Source: an uncultured Acidobacteriaceae bacterium (GTDB taxonomy: Bacteria > Acidobacteriota > Terriglobia > Terriglobales > Acidobacteriaceae). Taken from it: a stretch of DNA of 64,000 nt. The stretch lies in contig CAWHOT010000002.1 of assembly GCA_963831085.1 (NCBI GenBank), positions 986,941 to 1,050,940 of the forward strand, written 5' to 3'. This document shows positions 57,885-64,000 of the stretch, one piece after another (position 1 is the first letter of the stretch; the number at the start of each line of letters is the position of its first letter). Made by a program: the position numbers and the translations under genes. The notes under the pieces are model-generated. The model was not told the origin of the DNA, did no database searches, and worked only from the letters and a program-made list of their open reading frames with translations.

Positions 57885-60023
57885 TTACCTCGGGCCTCCC
57901 GCCGTGACTGGCGATTTGGATCTGAGTGGTCCATCGATGGCTTCCACTGAAATCAATCCGGTGGGCTCGGCGGAAATCAGGTTGTAGGACTCCATGGTGA
58001 TGGTGCCGACGGGACAGCGCGCGGCGCAGAGACCGCAGCGAATACAGCGAGTCTCGTCTTTCAGCATGGCAGAACCGGTCACGATGCCGAGTTCATCGGC
58101 CGCCACTTCATTGAGTTCGACGCCAAACAATTCCTGATTTTCGTGGATTTGCTGCACGGTTTCGGGCTCGAACTGGATGCGATCCAGGGATACGAGCTGC
58201 AGGCAGTTTTCCGGACACACATCCACGCAACCGCCGCAAAGGATGCACATACTCCCGTCTTCGGGGACACCTTCGAAGACCGTGTTTACCCAGCAATGCA
58301 GGCAACGCTGGGCTTCTTCCATGGCGGACTCAGCGTCGTAGCCGACCTCAACTTCGGTCACCCCGGTGCGGCGCTCCACCGGCAGCATTGGTATGGGTGG
58401 GCGAATCAGGTCCAACAACTCCAGCGGCATGCTGTGGCGCTTCAGCACCTCGACTTCGATGATCGGTTCAGGGTGCCTCTCGCCAAGCATGAACTCATCA
58501 ATGCCGGTCGCGGCGTGCCGGCCGTGAGCCACGCTGTCGATGGACGCACCCCCGGACGCACGCCCGGCGAACGGAGTCGGACTGCCCGAGTCACTGCCAA
58601 CGTCAGCTCCGGCAGCAGCTTCACGCGCTCGGTGAACCCGCAGGAACTCATCGATGCCGACGGCAGCGCGCTTGCCGTCCGCCACGCTATCGATGATCAA
58701 ACGCGGGCCGAAAACGCAGTCCCCTCCGCCAAAGATTCCATTGGCCGAAGTCATCAGCGTTTTCGGGTTCACCGCGATCAGCCCACGAGGAGAAAGTTCC
58801 ACGCCGTCTTCGGGTTTGAGGAAGTCCAGCCTCGGCGCCTGGCCGACCGCCATGATGATGGTGTCGCACTCCAGTTGTGTTTCACTGCCCTCGTAGAACG
58901 CTGGATTGAAGCGCTTGTTCTCGTCGAAGACCCATTTCGTCTGCAGCGTTTCCAGCGCAACAACTCTGCCATCTTTGCCAATTATGCGCTTGGGGCCCAG
59001 GCCGGGATGCATAACGATGCCTTCGGTTTCGGCCTCTTCGATCTCCTCCAGCGCCGCCGGCATTTCTTCGCGTTTTTCCAGGCAGACGAGATGCACTTCC
59101 TGCGCGCCCAGGCGCAGGGCAGAGAGCGATACATCCACCATCTCTTTTGTGGCCACGGCACTTACACTCTCCAGCGAAGGCTCCAGGTCTTCTACTCCAG
59201 CAACATGCTGCCGGACGACTTCGCGCGCCGCCGAACGCGCCACGTCCATGGCCACGTTGCCACCACCGATCACAATAACTTTTTTGCCGATGGTGAACTT
59301 GTAGCCGAGATTCACGTTGAGCAAGAAATCGATGCCTTTGTAGACACCATCAAGGTCAACGCCCGGGATCGTGAGATCGCGGCTGCGATGCGCGCCCACG
59401 GCGATCAGCACGGCATCGAAGCCCTGGTAGCGCAGGTCGGAAACCATGAAGTCGCGTCCGGCTGCGTGATTGAGCTTTAGCGTGATGTCGCCGGTCGCGA
59501 GAATTTCCCGTACCTGAGCCTCGACGACGTCGCGAGGCAAGCGGTATTCGGGAATGCCGAGGTAAAGCATTCCTCCGGCGACCGGCGCAGCTTCAAAAAT
59601 GGTGACCGAGTAGCCCATGAGGGCGAGGTCGTGCGCTGCTGAAAGTCCCACCGGGCCGCCGCCGACCACGGCGACTTTGAAGGGGAGTTTGCCCTGACCC
59701 CGTCCGGCATATACATCGACAGGATGCTTGGATTCAGGTCCGTGCCGCTCCGTCAGAAAACGTTTGAGCGCGCGTATGGCGATGGGGCGATCGATATCTC
59801 CGCGGCGACAGGCGGTCTCACAGGGATGAGCACAGACCCGGCCGCAGATGCTTGCCAGCGGATTGGGATCGCGGGCAAACTTGTACGCTTCCTCAAATCG
59901 CCCTTCCGCTATGAGCGCGACGTAACGGCCCGCGTTGGTGTGGGCGGGACAAGCCATCATGCAGGGGAAGTTGGTATTCAACCAATCCCTGTCTACTTTC
60001 TTGTCTTTGAAGCGCTTCAGCAA
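57885..60023 (-). CDS. GltD/NfnB-like FAD- and NAD(P)H-dependent oxidoreductase with N-terminal Fe-S region and a C-terminal 2x[4Fe-4S] ferredoxin domain
   Basis: CPAHTNAGRY..CGRVCAHPCETACRRG, two Rossmann motifs (VAVVGGGPVGLSAA; VIVIGGGNVAMDVA), and C-terminal CILCGGCVDVCP and CIRCGLCAARCP. TTG start. Confidence 0.85.
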   Translation of the reverse strand: MLKRFKDKKVDRDWLNTNFPCMMACPAHTNAGRYVALIAEGRFEEAYKFARDPNPLASICGRVCAHPCETACRRGDIDRPIAIRALKRFLTERHGPESKHPVDVYAGRGQGKLPFKVAVVGGGPVGLSAAHDLALMGYSVTIFEAAPVAGGMLYLGIPEYRLPRDVVEAQVREILATGDITLKLNHAAGRDFMVSDLRYQGFDAVLIAVGAHRSRDLTIPGVDLDGVYKGIDFLLNVNLGYKFTIGKKVIVIGGGNVAMDVARSAAREVVRQHVAGVEDLEPSLESVSAVATKEMVDVSLSALRLGAQEVHLVCLEKREEMPAALEEIEEAETEGIVMHPGLGPKRIIGKDGRVVALETLQTKWVFDENKRFNPAFYEGSETQLECDTIIMAVGQAPRLDFLKPEDGVELSPRGLIAVNPKTLMTSANGIFGGGDCVFGPRLIIDSVADGKRAAVGIDEFLRVHRAREAAAGADVGSDSGSPTPFAGRASGGASIDSVAHGRHAATGIDEFMLGERHPEPIIEVEVLKRHSMPLELLDLIRPPIPMLPVERRTGVTEVEVGYDAESAMEEAQRCLHCWVNTVFEGVPEDGSMCILCGGCVDVCPENCLQLVSLDRIQFEPETVQQIHENQELFGVELNEVAADELGIVTGSAMLKDETRCIRCGLCAARCPVGTITMESYNLISAEPTGLISVEAIDGPLRSKSPVTAGGPR

Positions 60024-60065
60024 AATGGCGATCCCCAGGGCGTTCGTTTAATAGAAAGCATTCTA

Positions 60066-60101
60066 CTAAGAAAGCGGGGAGCGGACGTGGCCGCCCGCTC
60101 C
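60066..60101 (-). terminator. Terminator-like hairpin after the cupredoxin gene
   Basis: The minus strand reads GGAGCGG-GCGGCCACGT-CCGCTCC followed by CCGCTTTCTT. It separates the barrel/cupredoxin pair from the oxidoreductase-bc operon. Confidence 0.45.
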
Positions 60102-60119
60102 TCTTTCCTATTGGTTTCC

Positions 60120-60701
60120 CTATTTGCTGAGACTGAAGTCCGCTTTGGTGTCGCCCGCCACCGCGACCGGCTTGGACTGGTTCTTGGCGCCTTCATGCCA
60201 GGCGGTTACGGTGTAGCCGCCGTCGGGAACGTTCTCGATCTTGTATTCGCCTGACTTATCCGTGGTGGCGAAGTATGGAGTGGGCGACACGATGACATAG
60301 CCTGACATCTCGGGATGGACATTGCACAGCAGCGGCACTGCGCCAGGATTGTCGAACTTGAAGGGACGTTTCTCGCCCTTAGGCCAGGTGCCAAGGTTGT
60401 GGGTGAGCTTTTTGTTGCCGCCGACGGAAGGCCAAAATACGTTGTGGGCGACATTGTCGCTATTGAGGAACTGCACGGTCGTGCCGACCTGCACCGCTAC
60501 GATATGGGGATCAAACATTAAGCCCTTCTGGTCGATCACGGGCTGCTGGGTGGGAGCGGGGAAGGTTTTGCCCGCAGGCGCTTCCACATAAACGACCGAC
60601 ACTCCGGTAACGCCAGAAACTTTGCCGCTGATCGTGCCCGCGCTGGCGGTCAAGCACACCACTGCTACTACGGCCATCACCATCATGAAACTGCGTGTCA
60701 T
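60120..60701 (-). CDS. Exported type-1-copper (cupredoxin) protein with a C-terminal carboxypeptidase-regulatory-like beta-sandwich
   Basis: Signal peptide. Ligand pattern is His in NVAHNVF plus CNVHPEM (C-x2-H-x2-M, as in amicyanin-type sites). C-terminal GEYKIENVPDGGYTVTAWHEG. Confidence 0.7.
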   Translation of the reverse strand: MTRSFMMVMAVVAVVCLTASAGTISGKVSGVTGVSVVYVEAPAGKTFPAPTQQPVIDQKGLMFDPHIVAVQVGTTVQFLNSDNVAHNVFWPSVGGNKKLTHNLGTWPKGEKRPFKFDNPGAVPLLCNVHPEMSGYVIVSPTPYFATTDKSGEYKIENVPDGGYTVTAWHEGAKNQSKPVAVAGDTKADFSLSK

Positions 60702-60764
60702 TTTTTATCTCCTCGTTATTTTCTACTCCTTTGGATTTGTAATTGGCAATGGCTGAGGTACGCG

Positions 60765-62204
60765 TCAGAACAGGAATTTCGCATCCAGATAAATAGTATT
60801 GTTGGCGCTCGCGTTGCGACCCGAGCCATCGTAGTCGGTTGCCGCGCCATTGAAGCGCGTATATCCGGTGTATTGGAAGGCGAGCTGCAGATTCTGCCAC
60901 GGCCAATACGAGACGTTTGCGATATATCCGGCGCTTCTCGGGTCGCCATTGGGGTTGCCGCCGCCCACAGGACACGGCCCATACAGCGCGCAATCGGCCG
61001 TGCCCTGGGTAATGAACCAACCGAATGTGCCCGTATAGCGATTGCCGAAATGGTATTCGGCGTTGGCCATAAAAGTGTTCAGATGGTGCCCGCACACTGA
61101 TGCCGCTGGCGGACTCTGATTGCAGCTGGCTGCCAACTGGGAATTTTCGCGGATATACGTGCCTCGCAGCGAAAGAATGTCCTTCCTGAATAATGTCCGA
61201 TCATACTGAGTGTCGAAGGCCCAATCGGTGTAAGCATCATAGATGTCAGTTGTCCCGCCATTGGGGATCGCGAAAGGGCTGTTCTTCACGTGCATTCCAT
61301 AGCTGCCGATCTCAAACTGTGTCGTCCCGGTCGATTCCTGCCAAGCGACGCGCCAATATGGCGCAACCCCGACGATGTTGTGTGGAAAACCACTTCCCGG
61401 ATTCGGCTGAGGACTATCCACGTGTTCCGAGCGATAAATCGCTGCATCCAGGTACAGATGATTGTCCCACATCGCGAAGCCACCGAATCCTGCGACGTCC
61501 TGCGACAAAGGACCATTAATGATGGGAGCCGCGGCGGGAGTGGGTGCAAAATCGCTGGCGATCCAGGGGAAACCCCATGCCGGCGTACTGTTCCAAAGAT
61601 CCTCTACCGTTGGATTGTTGTTGAGGTCCAAGCCGTAAACCAGTTCCTTGCCGCTCACCTTCGTCTTATTCGCGTAGCGGATATCTGTATTATCGCTGTG
61701 GAAATGGTTGGTTTGTGTGTCGTAAGTCACTTGAAGAAAGCTGCCGACGTTGCTTGTCCATGCGCCAGCCAGGAACAGCGATATATCTTGAGGAAATTCA
61801 AAACTGCCATTCTGGGTGGTCGGCACCGGTGAATTGGTGTTGGTAAATGAAGCCTCAAGCATTACGGAAAGGGGCAGCGAAGCGAGAAGATTAAGCGCTG
61901 CATGCGTTTTGCTTCCCTCCGATGTCACGGTTTTTGTCTGATCCCCTCTGTCAACATAGCCGAGCAGCTTGAACCTTCGTCCGGCAGGGTTGAGTTCCGG
62001 CGGCGCGTAGTGGCAGCCACTGCAAGCCAAGCCCGTTTGCCGCGCATAGCTTGGAACCGCCAACGCGCCGGGCGGATTCAATGCGGCAAGAAACAACAAA
62101 ACTATGATAGGAGCTGTCGCAAGCAAAGAGATCGCCATTTTTTTTATCTGGAATCTCATTATTATCCCCGAAAACAGCAGGGACACCCGACGCAGCGTAT
62201 CCAT
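60765..62204 (-). CDS. Putative outer-membrane beta-barrel protein with an N-terminal CxxCH motif
   Basis: The ATG at 62204 has AAGGAGG 7 nt upstream (alternative ATG at 62159). Hydrophobic signal, YARQTGLACSGCH, then ~420 aa of alternating beta-like segments ending in the aromatic LDAKFLF. Confidence 0.65.
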   Translation of the reverse strand: MDTLRRVSLLFSGIIMRFQIKKMAISLLATAPIIVLLFLAALNPPGALAVPSYARQTGLACSGCHYAPPELNPAGRRFKLLGYVDRGDQTKTVTSEGSKTHAALNLLASLPLSVMLEASFTNTNSPVPTTQNGSFEFPQDISLFLAGAWTSNVGSFLQVTYDTQTNHFHSDNTDIRYANKTKVSGKELVYGLDLNNNPTVEDLWNSTPAWGFPWIASDFAPTPAAAPIINGPLSQDVAGFGGFAMWDNHLYLDAAIYRSEHVDSPQPNPGSGFPHNIVGVAPYWRVAWQESTGTTQFEIGSYGMHVKNSPFAIPNGGTTDIYDAYTDWAFDTQYDRTLFRKDILSLRGTYIRENSQLAASCNQSPPAASVCGHHLNTFMANAEYHFGNRYTGTFGWFITQGTADCALYGPCPVGGGNPNGDPRSAGYIANVSYWPWQNLQLAFQYTGYTRFNGAATDYDGSGRNASANNTIYLDAKFLF

Positions 62205-62245
62205 AGAATCGCCTCCTTGGCGTTGGAAGTTATACCCTACGATTT

Positions 62246-62294
62246 TAGTAAACAGGAGGAAGGTGGTACCACAGGCGTCACCAACTAGTAAACA
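62246..62294. promoter_or_regulatory. Two direct TAGTAAACA repeats 40 nt apart flanking the palindrome GTGGTACCAC, in the promoter region of the barrel gene
   Basis: Read directly: 62246..62254, 62286..62294, palindrome 62263..62272. A TATAAC -10-like element lies 17-18 nt downstream of the proximal repeat on the minus strand. Confidence 0.3.
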
Positions 62295-62358
62295 TAGTCG
62301 AAGGGCGGGATTGAAGCCACGCCAAGGCGCGAACGGTTGCTCTAATACATGCCAACCC

Positions 62359-64000
62359 CTAACTGCCCGCTCCCTCAAAGTGCGCTTCGATTTCTTCCAG
62401 TGTCTTCCCTTTCGTTTCCGGCAGGAAGACCGCGGCAGTAACAAAGTAAATTACCGTGCAGCCGGCAAAGCCAAAGAACATGGTCGAGTAGCCATACTTG
62501 CCGACGGTCGGCAGGAACATGGCAGCAATCGTCGTCGAAACGGCCTGGTTAATCAACAGGGCAATGCTCATGCCGTTGGATCGAATCCGGGTCGGCATCA
62601 ACTCCGACAGCGCCAGCCATACGCATACTCCCGGACCGACGGCGAAAAACGCCATGAACACGAAGAGGCTGATTGCCACCAGCCAGCCATTGTGAGCGGT
62701 CGGCACAGGGGTAATCAGGGCATTGTCAATTCTTAGCGCAGCCATGCGCGCCGCCTCGAGATCGCTGAACGGATTCGAGAAAAACGCCACTACTTTGTTG
62801 GCAGGCACACAGCTTTCGCGAGTAATCTCAATCGGTTTGGCGGCCGGGTCGTCAGAGCGCGCGACTTTAGTTGCAGCGCGAAAATCTCCGTAGGAATAGA
62901 TTACGACCAGAGAAGTGGGCCGGTTGCCGATTGCGATGGTCTTGCCAGCGTTTCCGCTGGCCGCGAGCAGCGCGCTCGCAGCCTTGCCGTCGTAAAGCAA
63001 CGTGACCCTCTGGCCGGCATCGGCCATGGACTGAACCGCTTCCCGAGAATCCACCCGCAGTTTTTCGGTTTGTCTGAAGAACAGTCCGGTGCAGAGCAGG
63101 GAAACGATGATGCCAGCGCTGCCCAGCGAGAGCAGGAACTTGCGTCCCTTGCGGTCCACCAGCAGGACGCCGCCAATCGTCATCAGGAAATTCACGATCG
63201 TGAAAAGAACGTAGCCCCAGTGCGCCTGGACATCGGAAAGACCGCTCTGCAAAAGGATGTTGGTGTTATAGCCAATGATGGAATTGACGCCGGTGGTCTG
63301 GTTGCACGCTAGAATGACGCAGGCCAGGACAAACGGAATTACATATTTGCGCCGCAAGAGTGATTCCTTGACCTTGGCTCCGGTTGAGGTTTTCGCTTTC
63401 TCAGCGGCGGCTGCTTGTTCCATTTCCGCCAGCTCGATGTCGGCTTGCTCGGTGGTGCGAGAGCGGAGAAGCGCGGCATACGCGGCATCCCGTTTCCCGC
63501 GGCGAAACAGCCAGCGCGGGGACTCCGACACCATGACGCTGCCGATCACGAACAAGATGCCGGGAGGCAACGAAACCCAGAAAATGCTGCGCCAGGCCGT
63601 GTCTTTAAAGGCGAAGAGTCTTGCGGGATGGCCCAGCCTCGCCACCTCTTCGACGCGGAAACTGAAGACCATGCCAACGATGGCCGCAGTCACGATACCG
63701 AGTGTCAGCAGCCATTGGAAGATGCCCGTCCCTTTGCCGCGGCTCGATGCCGCCAGACATTCTGCTAGATACAACGGGACAACTACACCGATCAGGCCGG
63801 CGCTGATGCCCTGTAAGAGGCGGCCAAGAACCAGCGACTCATAGCCATGCGAGAGCGCAATCATGGGAATGCTGCAGACAAACAGCAATCCGCTGAGCAT
63901 CATCAGCGGCTTGCGCCCGATCCAATCGGCTAGCGCGCCCGCAAACAGGGTTGAGATCACGCTGCCGAGGAGCACGGCTGCAACCACGATCGAAAGCTGG
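62359..64000 (-). CDS. MFS sugar-porter-family transporter with a ~130-aa insertion in the TM9-TM10 loop; 5' end beyond the window
   Basis: The reading frame is open to nt 64000. ADWIGRK, ESPRWLFRRGK and PTRIRS motifs are typical of sugar porters. Confidence 0.85.
   Translation of the reverse strand, partial: QLSIVVAAVLLGSVISTLFAGALADWIGRKPLMMLSGLLFVCSIPMIALSHGYESLVLGRLLQGISAGLIGVVVPLYLAECLAASSRGKGTGIFQWLLTLGIVTAAIVGMVFSFRVEEVARLGHPARLFAFKDTAWRSIFWVSLPPGILFVIGSVMVSESPRWLFRRGKRDAAYAALLRSRTTEQADIELAEMEQAAAAEKAKTSTGAKVKESLLRRKYVIPFVLACVILACNQTTGVNSIIGYNTNILLQSGLSDVQAHWGYVLFTIVNFLMTIGGVLLVDRKGRKFLLSLGSAGIIVSLLCTGLFFRQTEKLRVDSREAVQSMADAGQRVTLLYDGKAASALLAASGNAGKTIAIGNRPTSLVVIYSYGDFRAATKVARSDDPAAKPIEITRESCVPANKVVAFFSNPFSDLEAARMAALRIDNALITPVPTAHNGWLVAISLFVFMAFFAVGPGVCVWLALSELMPTRIRSNGMSIALLINQAVSTTIAAMFLPTVGKYGYSTMFFGFAGCTVIYFVTAAVFLPETKGKTLEEIEAHFEGAGS

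Noticed and set aside
62338-62354. A sigma-54-like sequence TGGCATgtattaGAGCA upstream of the barrel gene.
   Set aside because: The GG to GC spacing is one nucleotide too long and the -12 box is poor, so it is probably a chance match.
1-64000. A search for CRISPR arrays, rRNA/tRNA genes, transposases, integrases and phage genes.
   Set aside because: I saw no regularly spaced short repeats, no T-loop/anticodon-arm candidates other than the rejected cloverleaf, and no recombinase-like ORFs. This was a scan by eye, not a program run.

Overview
This is a moderately GC-rich bacterial chromosomal segment. The gene content looks Acidobacteriota-like (CarboxypepD_reg-type TonB-dependent receptor, TolB-propeller Ser/Thr kinase, several sigma-54 activators, many peptidases), but the taxon is only an inference. 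I call about 48 protein genes, two of them cut by the window edges. I found no rRNA, tRNA, CRISPR array, transposase or integrase. The 1-22 kb part holds peptidases (M1, S9 prolyl oligopeptidase), an FHA-GAF sigma-54 activator beside a Ser/Thr kinase, an amine oxidase and a sugar-use cluster (GH-D alpha-galactosidase-like, TonB receptor, DeoR, SIS, PfkB). The 22-62 kb part is a redox/respiratory accessory region. It contains two different Rieske/cytochrome b operons, a heme-c sensor kinase with an NtrC-type regulator, a non-Pyl MttB/corrinoid pair next to a Tat-exported flavoprotein, and a Crp/Fnr regulator. It also contains a ~17 kb co-directional cluster with multiheme cytochromes (ImcH-like, CbcL-like, 19-heme, 8-heme), a GltD/NfnB-like NAD(P)H oxidoreductase, a cupredoxin and a CxxCH-bearing outer-membrane barrel. 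By eye I count 59 CxxCH motifs in the called genes. Four things stand out. (i) A ~0.96 kb direct repeat occurs twice, 19 kb apart; each copy carries an RNase H-like gene plus a divergently oriented conserved non-coding segment that looks like a ~255 nt structured RNA (own promoter, GNRA-capped hairpins with G-C/G-U exchanges between copies, T-rich end). (ii) A textbook sigma-54 promoter sits in front of a 48-aa secreted two-Cys peptide gene that is absent from the ORF track. (iii) TGTGA-N6-TCACA palindromes in intergenic regions suggest a local Crp-family regulon. (iv) An M28 peptidase gene carries a 1-nt frameshift. All functional calls rest on motifs read by eye; no database search was possible.
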